DNA from: Patescibacteria group bacterium
GTDB lineage: Bacteria; Patescibacteriota; Minisyncoccia; Phycocordibacterales; Phycocordibacteraceae
Direction: 5' to 3'
Assembly (NCBI GenBank): GCA_004322365.1
Contig: SCTS01000007.1
Span: forward strand, 84,266-122,051
DNA length: 37,786 bases
Part shown: piece after piece, positions 8,871 to 18,139 of the stretch
How positions within the stretch are numbered: the first letter of the stretch is position 1
Layout of the letters: the number at the start of each line of letters is the position of its first letter
Program-made: the position numbers and the translations under genes
The notes under the pieces: model-generated
Databases searched by the model: none
Told to the model about the DNA's origin: nothing
What the model saw: only the letters and a program-made list of their open reading frames with translations

Positions 8871-10544
8871 ATGGCACAAACTGACGACACCGATAATCGA
8901 CTTAAAGAGCTCCAACTTCGAGAAGAAGAGGAGCTCGCCCTCATCCTCTCGCACAGGTATAACATTCGATATCTCGACCTGACGCGCGTCTCAATTAATT
9001 CTGACGCACTCCGACTCATAGAAGAACCTGTAGCTCGTCTCGCTGAAATCGCAGGCTTTGACATTGTAGGTAAAAAACTAACCATCGCTGTTCGCTCACC
9101 ACAACATCCTAAATTGCCTGCAATCCTTGAAGACTTAGAGAAGCGCGGATACACAGTAGAACAGGTGTTGGTATCGCGCGCATCCTTAGCGAGAGCTTGG
9201 GAGCACTACAAAGATCTTTCATTTGCCGTTGAATCAAAGCAGGGCGTTTTAGATGTCTCCCCAACGGAGCTGAAAAAAGTACTTGAAAGTATTCATACGA
9301 TTGAGGATATCCAAAAAGCAGTCGCCAGTGTTACTGAAATGAAACGAGCCTACCGTGTTTCAAAAATTCTGGAAGTAGTACTCGCCGGAGCATTTGCAGT
9401 TGACGCATCGGACATTCACATCGAACCTGAACAAAATCAGGTGCGCTTGCGCTATCGCCTTGACGGTGTGTTGCATGATGTCATTAACTTTGACCTCGAT
9501 ACAGCAAATCTTCTCTTGTCACGACTAAAACTTCTTTCTGGTCTTAAACTGAATCTAAAAAATCGTCCACAGGATGGCAGATTCAGCCTTGTTATGGATG
9601 CAAAAGAGATTGAGATTCGTGCTTCCGTTATTCCTGGTGCGTACGGTGAGACTGTCGTGATGCGCCTCTTAAATCCCGACACCATTTCCGTTCCATTTGA
9701 AGCTTTGGGTATGGAGCCAAAATTGCGAGCACTTATTGAGCGCGAAATTGGTAATCCAAATGGCATGCTTTTAAATACAGGACCTACAGGAAGCGGTAAA
9801 ACAACCACGCTGTATGCGTGCATGAAAAAAATTAATTCTTCAGAAATTAAAATTATTACCATTGAAGACCCTGTGGAATACCATGTTGCCGGATTGGTGC
9901 AGACACAGGTGGATGAAAAAAACTACACATTCCTTCAAGGGCTCCGCTCCGCACTCCGTCAAGATCCCGATGTCATCATGATCGGAGAAATCCGCGATGA
10001 AGAAGTCGCAAAAACGGCAATCGACGCGGCGCTTACGGGACACTTCGTATTTTCAACACTCCATACCAACGATGCTGCAGGGTCCTTCCCTCGACTTGTT
10101 GATCTTGGTGTGGATCCAAAAGTATTTGGTTCCGCAATCAATATCGCCATGGCACAGCGCTTAGTAAGAGTCTTATGTAAGCAATGCAAAAAAGAAGTCC
10201 CTCTTGAAGGTAAGAACAAAGAGCGTGTTGATAAAGTGCTCGCAGGTCTTCGAGATAAGACGGCCATCCCCGCTGACATTTCCAAAGTATTTGAGCCTGC
10301 TGGGTGCTCTGTCTGCAACAACACTGGATTCAAGGGCCGTATTGGTGTTTTTGAGGCAGTCGTTATTGATAGCGAGATGGATGCACTTCTTCGCACTTCC
10401 CCTTCAGAACATGAAATACAGGCACTCCAGCATAAAAAAGAAATACTAACGATGGTTGAGGACGGCATCATGAAAGTCTTAACTGGAGTTACTTCACTTG
10501 ATGAACTAAATCGGGTTGTCTTAATCGAAGAAACACTCAAATAA
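8871..10544 (+). CDS. pilB: Type IV pilus / type II secretion assembly ATPase (PilB/GspE family)
   Basis: ASDIHIEP, PQDGR, GPTGSGKTTT, TIEDPVE, LRQDPDVIMIGEIRD, STLHTN, two CxxC motifs. Confidence 0.9.
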   Translation: MAQTDDTDNRLKELQLREEEELALILSHRYNIRYLDLTRVSINSDALRLIEEPVARLAEIAGFDIVGKKLTIAVRSPQHPKLPAILEDLEKRGYTVEQVLVSRASLARAWEHYKDLSFAVESKQGVLDVSPTELKKVLESIHTIEDIQKAVASVTEMKRAYRVSKILEVVLAGAFAVDASDIHIEPEQNQVRLRYRLDGVLHDVINFDLDTANLLLSRLKLLSGLKLNLKNRPQDGRFSLVMDAKEIEIRASVIPGAYGETVVMRLLNPDTISVPFEALGMEPKLRALIEREIGNPNGMLLNTGPTGSGKTTTLYACMKKINSSEIKIITIEDPVEYHVAGLVQTQVDEKNYTFLQGLRSALRQDPDVIMIGEIRDEEVAKTAIDAALTGHFVFSTLHTNDAAGSFPRLVDLGVDPKVFGSAINIAMAQRLVRVLCKQCKKEVPLEGKNKERVDKVLAGLRDKTAIPADISKVFEPAGCSVCNNTGFKGRIGVFEAVVIDSEMDALLRTSPSEHEIQALQHKKEILTMVEDGIMKVLTGVTSLDELNRVVLIEETLK

Positions 10545-10580
10545 ACAAAAAACCCGAGGATGACCTCGGGTTTTTTGTTT
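10543..10580. terminator. Bidirectional intrinsic terminator
   Basis: AAACAAAAAA CCCGAGG ATGA CCTCGGG TTTTTTGTTT. Confidence 0.88.
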
Positions 10581-10757
10581 CGTGCCAAAATAAAAAATCG
10601 CACCCCTCTAAACAACGCTTGCAGTGAAGGTGGAACAAATGATGAGGAGACTCCCAGAGAATAACCGAGGTCAGACTTCCAGCAGATCCTTACAATGATG
10701 CCACGGCGTTGCTTAGATGGGCACGATTTTTTAGAATAAAACCCCTTTCGGGGTTAC
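10545..10757 (-). ncRNA. Candidate ~200-nt structured non-coding RNA, family unknown
   Basis: Upstream promoter on the minus strand, 5' GAAA-tetraloop hairpin, 28-bp stem with G-U pairs, terminator, no ATG ORF; ends are approximate. Confidence 0.55.
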
Positions 10758-10763
10758 AATGGT

Positions 10764-10792
10764 ACGATAGCATACGCTTTTATATATGTCAA
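10764..10792 (-). promoter_or_regulatory. Sigma70-type promoter pointing away from ruvB
   Basis: TTGACA (10792-10787), 17-nt spacer ending in TGC, then TATCGT (10769-10764). Confidence 0.65.
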
Positions 10793-11817
10793 GTACTCAA
10801 TCAAAGAAGATTCATTCTGAGGAAGAGGGGCCAAAAGAAGCTGGGGAACGCGTCCTAGACCAAACTCTACGACCGGAGGCTTGGGAGGAATACGTGGGAC
10901 AAGAAAATGTAAAGGAAAACCTCCGCGTACTTATAGCAGCTGCGAGAGAAAGAAACCATGCGCCTGAACACACACTCCTCTATGGTCCTCCTGGGCTTGG
11001 GAAAACAACCCTGGCACACCTTGTGGCGAAAGAGCTTGGTGCAAACATGCGAGCAACGGCAGGGCCTGTTATTGAGCGCGTAGGTGACCTCGCTGCAATT
11101 CTCACCAACTTAGAGCCTGGGGATGTATTGTTTATCGATGAGATACACAGGCTCAATAAAACAATCGAGGAAGTTCTCTACCCCGCCATGGAAGCTGGGA
11201 AGCTGGATATCATTATCGGTAAAGGTCCGTCAGCTCGCACTATTGAGCTAGCACTTCCCTCTTTCACACTCGTTGGTGCAACGACACGCATAGGACTTAT
11301 TTCTGCACCACTTCGTTCTCGTTTTTCAGGCGGAGTATTCCAACTTGATTTTTATTCTGAAAAAGAAATTGAACGAATTCTTGCTCGTTCTGCAAAAATT
11401 CTTGGCATTGAAGCCGATGTCGATGCTCTTCAAGAGATTGCAAAACGCTCTAGAAAAACTCCACGTACTGCAAACTACCTTCTAAAACGCTCCCGTGATG
11501 TTGCACAGCTCGACCGCACAACACTCTCAAAAGTAGCGGCAGAAAAAGCACTCGCCATGATTGGCATAGACACAGCTGGACTTACTCCGTCAGACAGGCG
11601 CATTCTTGAGGCGCTCATAACAAAATTCGCAGGGGGTCCCGTGGGTGTAAAAACTCTTGCAGCTGCTGCAGCCGAAGACGAACAAACTATTGAGGATGTC
11701 TATGAGCCGTATTTAATGCAGGAAGGATTTTTGGAACGCACTCCGCGAGGTCGCATCGTTACAGCTCGCGCACGCGAGCATTTAGGAAAACAAGGTGTAC
11801 AAAAAAAACTTATATGA
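10786..11817 (+). CDS. ruvB: Holliday junction branch migration helicase RuvB
   Basis: [46 protein letters not shown]. Confidence 0.98.
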   Translation: MSSTQSKKIHSEEEGPKEAGERVLDQTLRPEAWEEYVGQENVKENLRVLIAAARERNHAPEHTLLYGPPGLGKTTLAHLVAKELGANMRATAGPVIERVGDLAAILTNLEPGDVLFIDEIHRLNKTIEEVLYPAMEAGKLDIIIGKGPSARTIELALPSFTLVGATTRIGLISAPLRSRFSGGVFQLDFYSEKEIERILARSAKILGIEADVDALQEIAKRSRKTPRTANYLLKRSRDVAQLDRTTLSKVAAEKALAMIGIDTAGLTPSDRRILEALITKFAGGPVGVKTLAAAAAEDEQTIEDVYEPYLMQEGFLERTPRGRIVTARAREHLGKQGVQKKLI

Positions 11818-12149
11818 CATTACTCTCCGACACATTGAAAGCGTGGGTAACAAAACAAGAGTCGATTATTTGGCAGACTCAAAAGAAAGAGCGGGGTGAC
11901 GCGTCTCACTTACTCGCCTACACCGTTAAACTTGGCGAGGAAGTTGGCGAACTTGCGGAACAAGTACTTGCTCGTTTTGGATATCAACGCAAATCAAAAA
12001 TAATGGCAGCTGGAAATGATGAGCTTGCTGACGAGTGTGCGGACGTGATTATCGTCTCACTCTTTCTTGCAGAAGCAGCTGGCATTGATATAGAAAAAGC
12101 ACTGACACGAAAAATGGAGAAATTGGAAGTCCGTAATAAAGAAAAGTAA
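11814..12149 (+). CDS. MazG-like nucleotide pyrophosphohydrolase
   Basis: [11 protein letters not shown] and ELADECADV motifs; overlaps the ruvB stop (ATGA). Confidence 0.85.
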   Translation: MTLLSDTLKAWVTKQESIIWQTQKKERGDASHLLAYTVKLGEEVGELAEQVLARFGYQRKSKIMAAGNDELADECADVIIVSLFLAEAAGIDIEKALTRKMEKLEVRNKEK

Positions 12150-12154
12150 TAAAA

Positions 12155-12667
12155 ATGCCCTCTCTGAAAGCTGAAACCGGAAAAACAAAACCTACTGTCA
12201 TCGCTGTCGACCCTGGGTACGACAGAGTGGGCATTGCCGTGATGGAAGGAACTGCTCTTATTTTTTCTGAATGCTTTATTCCTCCTAAGGGAGCTGTCCC
12301 CATTCGCCTTGGTGCAGTATTCCAGCACCTTGGAAAAACAATAAAAAAATACAAACCCGATGCACTGGCGATAGAAACACTCTTCTTTACAAAAAATCAG
12401 AAGACGGCAATCCATGTTGCAGAAGCACGTGGAGTTATAACTCTTGCGGGAGTTGAGGCCGGTATTGAGGTTTATGAATATTCTCCTCAGGAAGTGAAAA
12501 TTGCAGTGACAGGCTCAGGAAGTGCAGACAAAAAGAGTGTTATGCGGATGGTAAACATGTTGATTCCCATGGGAAACATGAAGCGTCACGACGATGAATA
12601 TGACGCCATAGCACTTGCAATAGCCCATCAATCAAGCTCTAAATTCAGACAAACGCGAAATATATAG
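12155..12667 (+). CDS. ruvC: Crossover junction endodeoxyribonuclease RuvC
   Basis: AVDPGY, AIETLFF, AEARGV, VKIAVTGSGSADK, DDEYDAIALA. Confidence 0.96.
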   Translation: MPSLKAETGKTKPTVIAVDPGYDRVGIAVMEGTALIFSECFIPPKGAVPIRLGAVFQHLGKTIKKYKPDALAIETLFFTKNQKTAIHVAEARGVITLAGVEAGIEVYEYSPQEVKIAVTGSGSADKKSVMRMVNMLIPMGNMKRHDDEYDAIALAIAHQSSSKFRQTRNI

Positions 12668-12763
12668 AGCAGTGCAGAAGCCTGTTATCCACACGCCTCT
12701 GACGCATCGCTTGCCAATAGGTAGCATTTTGATACAAATAGGGCGTTAGAAGCTATATCCAAT

Positions 12764-12907
12764 ATGAGTAACGACCCAAAAAAACACAAAGGATTTGAAG
12801 ACGAGGAAGACGCAGATGCGCCGGTGGTTCCTCCCGTTGATGAGGAAGACATGCCTGACGAGGAAGAAGATGCCGACCCGTTTAGTGATGATGATGACAT
12901 GATGTAA
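12764..12907 (+). CDS. Small, highly acidic hypothetical protein (47 aa)
   Basis: MSNDPKKHKGFEDEEDADAPVVPPVDEEDMPDEEEDADPFSDDDDMM*; the stop abuts a terminator; below the ORF-track cutoff. Confidence 0.65.
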   Translation: MSNDPKKHKGFEDEEDADAPVVPPVDEEDMPDEEEDADPFSDDDDMM

Positions 12908-12948
12908 ATAATAAAAAACCTCGCGAGCGCGAGGTTTTTTATTATTTA
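12905..12948. terminator. Bidirectional intrinsic terminator
   Basis: TAAATAATAAAAAA CCTCGCG AG CGCGAGG TTTTTTATTATTTA between convergent genes. Confidence 0.85.
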
Positions 12949-14150
12949 TTTTTTATCATTTTGGCAATTCTGCGCTTACCAATTCGTAAGATTTCACCCT
13001 CAACAGGTTCGTTATTCATATCAGCAATCGCTTCCCCTGTCGTAACTGAGGTTACTGCTCCGGCAGAAACCAATCGGCGTAGTTCTGTTCTAGAAGCAAC
13101 AAGGCCTGCGTGTACCAATGCATCCGCATATGTTTGCCCTTCACTGAATAATGCTGGTGTGGCATCCTCTTCAGAAATCTCACCTTTTGAAAAAACGGAA
13201 ACGAATCGCTCCCCTGCTTTTTTACTTTCGACATCACCGTGATACATACGAACAATTTCTAACGCCAGATCAAACTTTGAGTCTCGAGGGCTTTTTGTGA
13301 GAATATTCTTCACTACATTTAACGGTACTCGTGTGCAGTGAACGAAATATGTTTCGATGAGCGAATCAGGAATACTCATTACTTTCCCAAACATATCTTG
13401 AGGTGCATCATTAAGATTAATGGTGTTTCCCCAGCTTGAACTCATCTTTCTTCCATCAGTACCCAAAATGAGCTCGCTCATCACAATGTGTTGCGGAGAT
13501 TGGCCTGCCTTTCCTTGGAGTACTCTGCCTGCAAGCAAATTAAACCTCTGGTCTGTTCCACCAAGCTCTACATCTGCCTTTATGGCAACGCTGTCATACC
13601 CTTGCATTAAAGGGTAGAGCACCTCTCGCAGGGAAACCCTTTTGCCTCCATCCAAGCGGCGCTTAATATTGTCTCGAGATATGAAATCGGCTACAGAAAA
13701 CGCATCAGCTTGATCGCCAATAGCAGAGTAGTCTAACTTCAAAAGCCACTCAGAATTTCTCCGTACCTCCAAAAGATTTGGGTCAAGAATTTTTTTGGCT
13801 TGAGAAACATACTCTGTGAGATTTTTTTCAACATCAGCTCGACTGAGCATTGGGCGTTCACTTTCTTTGTCCGAAGTATCACCTATTACACCCGTTGCAT
13901 CTCCAATAATAAAAACCACCGTGTGCCCTAAATTTTGAAAATCTCGAAGCTTAAGAAGTGCCACCGCGCGTCCAATGTGAATATTTGGGCTTGTAGGGTC
14001 TATTCCGAGCTTGATACGCAGTCGCTCTCCTAACAATAGAAGTTTTCGGAGTGATTCGTCTGAAGGAATTATTTCAACAACACTCCTCGTCAAAAGAGTT
14101 TCTATCTTTTCAGGATCAGTGTTAACTGAGGCTTTGATTTTAAAAAACAT
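12942..14150 (-). CDS. tyrS: Tyrosine--tRNA ligase
   Basis: GIDPT..HIGR (HIGH-type), YPLMQGYD, GGTDQRFN, KMSSS, C-terminal S4-like domain; start moved to ATG at 14150. Confidence 0.96.
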   Translation of the reverse strand: MFFKIKASVNTDPEKIETLLTRSVVEIIPSDESLRKLLLLGERLRIKLGIDPTSPNIHIGRAVALLKLRDFQNLGHTVVFIIGDATGVIGDTSDKESERPMLSRADVEKNLTEYVSQAKKILDPNLLEVRRNSEWLLKLDYSAIGDQADAFSVADFISRDNIKRRLDGGKRVSLREVLYPLMQGYDSVAIKADVELGGTDQRFNLLAGRVLQGKAGQSPQHIVMSELILGTDGRKMSSSWGNTINLNDAPQDMFGKVMSIPDSLIETYFVHCTRVPLNVVKNILTKSPRDSKFDLALEIVRMYHGDVESKKAGERFVSVFSKGEISEEDATPALFSEGQTYADALVHAGLVASRTELRRLVSAGAVTSVTTGEAIADMNNEPVEGEILRIGKRRIAKMIKNK

Positions 14151-14276
14151 ACAATAAACTCTACCACGCTCGGTATTAGGGTCTACCGCCATTAATGTAT
14201 CTGCCACCTCTCCGGCCATACGCTCATATAGAGAAACACCTAGCAAGTAGACCATTCCCTTGCTACGATTTAGAGC

Positions 14277-16388
14277 ATGCGAAGACGGCGCTTGATTAAA
14301 AATAAGAAATCTTTTTTCCTCATTATTAGTGCGCTTGCACTATTTAGTATAGGGGCTCTACTCATTTGGGCAGTGTCATTAAAAATCCCCGATATCAAGT
14401 CTTTGGAGACTAGAAAAATTGAACAATCAACAAAAATCTACGACCGCACAGGCACTGTTTTGCTCGACGATTTGAGCCAAAACATGATGCGCACTGTCGT
14501 TCCAGAGAGTGAAATTTCTCCGTACATAAAACAAGCAACCGTTGCAATAGAAGACACAGAGTTCTACCATCATGCCGGTGTACGCCCGTTAGCATTTCTT
14601 CGAGCAACGATTGTTAATGTTCTTTCTCTAGGTTTCGAGCAGGGTGGTTCAACAATTACACAGCAGGTAGTAAAAAACTCTATCCTCACTGCCGATAAAA
14701 CTATCGCGCGAAAGGTAAAGGAGTGGATTCTTGCAATAAAACTTGAGCAAGTGCTAACCAAAGAACAAATTCTCGAGCTCTACCTCAACGGGAACCCCTA
14801 TGGTGGTCTTATTTACGGTGTAGAGGAAGCGAGCGCGCAATACTTCACTAAACACGCAAAAGATGTAACTCTCGCCGAAGCGGCGTACCTCGCTGCCCTA
14901 CCCCAAGCCCCTACGTACTTTTCGCCGTACGGCAATCATCGCGATGACTTAGATAACAGAAAAAATCTTGTGCTCTCGCGAATGAAAGACTTGAAATTTA
15001 TATCTGAACAAGAATACACGCTAGCAAAATCTGAGGTTGTGGCTTTTGCTCCTCAAGCAACGGCTGGTATTCGCGCACCACATTTCGTCTTCTATGTTCG
15101 CGGGCTCTTGGAACAAGAGTTTGGTACGAGTGCATTAGAACAGTCTGGCTGGCGCATTATTACTACACTTGACGCCGACCTTGAAGCCAAAGCAGAAGAG
15201 ATTGTAAAGAAAAATGCTCTTGAAAATAAGAAGAAATTTAATGCTGAGAACGCGAGTATCGTCGCCATTGCACCAAAAACGGGAGACATTCTTGTGATGG
15301 CTGGATCCCGAGATTATTTTGATCCAGAAATAAACGGCGCCTACAACATAGCCTTAGCGAAACGCCAACCAGGTTCTTCATTCAAACCATTTGTGTACGC
15401 AGCCGCCTTCACTAAAGGATACACAGCAAACACCGTGCTCTTTGATGTGCCGACACAGTTCTCAACTGAGTGCCCGCCAGCAAGCTTGAGCGATACACCT
15501 CCTTGCTATGCACCAGGAAACTACGATAGTAAATTTAATGGGCCAATGACCTTGCGAGATGCACTCGCACAATCAAGAAATATCCCCGCAGTGAAAGTGC
15601 TCTATCTTGTGGGAATAAACAATGCACTTTCGCTTGCACGGTCACTTGGTATCACCACACTCGCCGGATCAGACCGCTACGGGCTAACTTTAGTTCTTGG
15701 TGGTGGCGAAGTCACCCCGCTCGACATGACAAGCGCATACGGTGTTTTTGCAAACGAAGGTGTGCGAAATCCATACCGCGCAATACTTCGTATTGAAGAC
15801 AAAAACGGAAATGAGGTAAAGTCATACACACTAACACCCGAAAGAGTGCTCGACGCCAATATCGCACTCTCCATCTCCGATATCCTTTCTGATAACGTTG
15901 CCCGCACTCCTGAGTTCGGAGCAACTTCCGCATTAAATTTCCCAAGTCGTCATGTTGCAGTAAAAACAGGAACAACAAACGATTACCGTGATGCTTGGAT
16001 TTTAGGCTACACACCCGACATATCCGTAGGGGCGTGGGCAGGCAATAATGACAACAGCCCTATGGCAAAAAAAATAGCCGGATTCATTGTGGCTCCTCTC
16101 TGGCATGAGTTTACACAATATGCTCTCACTAAATTCCCTAATACCCCCTTCCCTGAAGCAACTCCTTTAGAGGACCCGTCCGATAAACCAGTGCTTCGTG
16201 GTGTATGGCAAGGGAGCGACGGCACCGTTTCTGTGCACTCAATTCTCTACTGGCTTGATAAAAATGATCCGCGGGGAGCTCGCCCAAGTAACCCCAACAA
16301 TGATCCACAATTTGCTCGATGGGAGTGGGGCGTTAGAGACTGGGCAAGCCAACATGGCTTTGTAGATGGAACTCCGTTCACCCAATAA
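14277..16388 (+). CDS. Class A penicillin-binding protein (PBP1A family)
   Basis: N-terminal TM; transglycosylase EDTEFYHHAG, GGSTITQQ, RKVKE; transpeptidase SSFK, SRN, KTGT. Confidence 0.95.
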   Translation: MRRRRLIKNKKSFFLIISALALFSIGALLIWAVSLKIPDIKSLETRKIEQSTKIYDRTGTVLLDDLSQNMMRTVVPESEISPYIKQATVAIEDTEFYHHAGVRPLAFLRATIVNVLSLGFEQGGSTITQQVVKNSILTADKTIARKVKEWILAIKLEQVLTKEQILELYLNGNPYGGLIYGVEEASAQYFTKHAKDVTLAEAAYLAALPQAPTYFSPYGNHRDDLDNRKNLVLSRMKDLKFISEQEYTLAKSEVVAFAPQATAGIRAPHFVFYVRGLLEQEFGTSALEQSGWRIITTLDADLEAKAEEIVKKNALENKKKFNAENASIVAIAPKTGDILVMAGSRDYFDPEINGAYNIALAKRQPGSSFKPFVYAAAFTKGYTANTVLFDVPTQFSTECPPASLSDTPPCYAPGNYDSKFNGPMTLRDALAQSRNIPAVKVLYLVGINNALSLARSLGITTLAGSDRYGLTLVLGGGEVTPLDMTSAYGVFANEGVRNPYRAILRIEDKNGNEVKSYTLTPERVLDANIALSISDILSDNVARTPEFGATSALNFPSRHVAVKTGTTNDYRDAWILGYTPDISVGAWAGNNDNSPMAKKIAGFIVAPLWHEFTQYALTKFPNTPFPEATPLEDPSDKPVLRGVWQGSDGTVSVHSILYWLDKNDPRGARPSNPNNDPQFARWEWGVRDWASQHGFVDGTPFTQ

Positions 16389-16390
16389 CT

Positions 16391-16468
16391 GCAAGTGCTC
16401 GCTTCTAGGGACTAGGTGCTAGGTGTAAATCCAGAAAGCTAAAACCTAGCACCTGACACCTATAACCT
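16391..16468. repeat. Inverted heptamer-repeat element
   Basis: CTCGCTT CTAGGGA CTAGGTG CTAGGTG - 11 nt - AGCTAAA ACCTAGC ACCTGAC ACCTATA ACCT, between convergent stops. Confidence 0.88.
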
Positions 16469-16470
16469 TC

Positions 16471-16734
16471 CTATCGGATATCCCTCACAGTATTTCGCGC
16501 TTTCGGCATCTCTTGGAAAAGCTCATTGAGAATGGCGCCACGAGCAACCTGAATGGCGCTTTTTGCAACCGAAGAACAGCGAATAAATGCCACGGAATTT
16601 GATATGGACACATCTTCTTTTTTCACAGGAACTTTCGCAACAAAAAAAACAGCTGAAGCAACCGCGCGACGCACAGCATCATCTGGTGGTGTTAAGTTTT
16701 GGAAACGGGCAAGAAAATCATTTACGAGTTTCAT
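16471..16734 (-). CDS. Hypothetical protein, possible DciA (DUF721)-like helicase-loading factor
   Basis: 87 aa, directly downstream of dnaN; beta-beta-helix pattern VSISNSVAFIRCSSVAKSAI..AILNEL. Confidence 0.5.
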   Translation of the reverse strand: MKLVNDFLARFQNLTPPDDAVRRAVASAVFFVAKVPVKKEDVSISNSVAFIRCSSVAKSAIQVARGAILNELFQEMPKARNTVRDIR

Positions 16735-16807
16735 AAGGTGCTAAGTGCTAGGTGCTAGGTGCTAGCTTTTAAAGCTAGAAGCTAGTCCCTAGAACCTATA
16801 AACTAAC
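16734..16807. repeat. Inverted heptamer-repeat element, cleanest empty site
   Basis: TAAGGTG CTAAGTG CTAGGTG CTAGGTG CTAGCTT - TTAA - AGCTAGA AGCTAGT CCCTAGA ACCTATA AACTAAC; fills the whole intergenic gap. Confidence 0.92.
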
Positions 16808-17907
16808 TAACGATTCATCGGCATCACTAAGTATGTGAAGCCTTTATTAGGGACATCATTCATAACCATCGGCTTCCCAGCACCAGCTACAGAGAAAGTA
16901 ACGCTATCACCCACCACTATCGAAAGAGCATCAACAATATATTTTGCATTGAAATTAATATCAATATCTTCACCCTCAAGAACTGCTGGAATATGGTCAA
17001 TAGTTTCTCCCACCGAGGCATTCACCGCACGAACAGTGAATGTCTTTTCAGAAGCCTTTAATGAAATGTGTACCTGATTGAAAGAGTCCGTAAAAATTGA
17101 AATTTTTCTAAAAGCGCGTGACGCATCCTCTTTTAAACATGTCGCCGAAGCAACATAATTACGCGGAATAATTGCCTGATAGTCTGGGAAAGATCCATCT
17201 ATAGTTCGAGAAGTAATGTGCCCAAAATCAGATATAAATGAACACTGATTGTCCCCAACACGAACCTCAACATCAACACCTGACTCAATTGCCCTTAATA
17301 TATCAGGAACATTTCGTGCTGGTATTAGTACAGAATTAAATGAATTTTTTGTTTTTATAGGTATTTTTATTTCAGCAAGACGAAATGAATCTGTTGCCAC
17401 AGCAACAAGCTCCCCTTTTTCTAAAGTAAGGGAGATACTTGAAAGTTCTGGTTTTACACTAGAGGTTGACGCTGCAAATGAAACCGACTTCAATGCTGTT
17501 ATAAATTCTCGAACAGGTAAAGTTGCGGAACTCCCAACCCCATCCTTAACATATGATAATGTTGGGAATTCAGATGGATCAATAAGTGCTATAGAGGTAG
17601 TTCCCCTTTCACCATCAATAACAAGATTATTTCCTGATGTTTTTAATAATAATTTCTGATCAGTAAGTGCTGAAGTAGTTTGTGCAAGTATGTGTGCAGG
17701 AATAGCAATAATTCCATCTTGGATTATTTTTGCTTTAAGAATAACTTCTACACTTAAATCAAGGTTTGTTGCGCGAAGTACTGCCCTATCACCCTCAACA
17801 ACAATTACCACACAACCAAAAACAGGTAGTGAAAGATTTTTATTACTAACCTTAGATGCTATAGCAACAGCTTTCTCTAAGTTCTCTCTTAAAATTTCAA
17901 TTTTCAT
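16807..17907 (-). CDS. dnaN: DNA polymerase III beta sliding clamp
   Basis: ATNLD, VATDSFRLA, FPDYQAIIP, FNAKYIVDAL, YLVMPM; downstream of dnaA. Confidence 0.97.
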   Translation of the reverse strand: MKIEILRENLEKAVAIASKVSNKNLSLPVFGCVVIVVEGDRAVLRATNLDLSVEVILKAKIIQDGIIAIPAHILAQTTSALTDQKLLLKTSGNNLVIDGERGTTSIALIDPSEFPTLSYVKDGVGSSATLPVREFITALKSVSFAASTSSVKPELSSISLTLEKGELVAVATDSFRLAEIKIPIKTKNSFNSVLIPARNVPDILRAIESGVDVEVRVGDNQCSFISDFGHITSRTIDGSFPDYQAIIPRNYVASATCLKEDASRAFRKISIFTDSFNQVHISLKASEKTFTVRAVNASVGETIDHIPAVLEGEDIDINFNAKYIVDALSIVVGDSVTFSVAGAGKPMVMNDVPNKGFTYLVMPMNR

Positions 17908-18139
17908 ATTTTATTTTAATTAAGAGGATCCACTCATTCTAATACACTGTGGACTGTGTGGGTAGCTTGAAAGTCTTTTATTTAAGCTGTATTTATGGAT
18001 TTTTTTTAGAAGAAACTGTTTAAAAGTTTGTTTTGTATTGTGAATATTGAATGTTTTAGTTACTAGTCGCTTTGGTGTAATTGTTTTCAACATATTATCC
18101 ACTAGTAATCCCAACAAGTTATTCATACTGTTTTCAACA
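17908..18139. other. Probable replication origin (oriC)
   Basis: AT-rich dnaA-dnaN gap with clustered DnaA-box-like 9-mers: TTTTCAACA 18084 and 18131, TTATCCACT 18095, TTATTCATA 18119, TGTGAATAT ~18040, TGTGGGTAG ~17957. Confidence 0.7.

Noticed and set aside
12685-12900. Minus-strand Ser-rich 71-aa ORF
   Set aside because: It is the antisense shadow of the Asp/Glu-rich plus-strand ORF.
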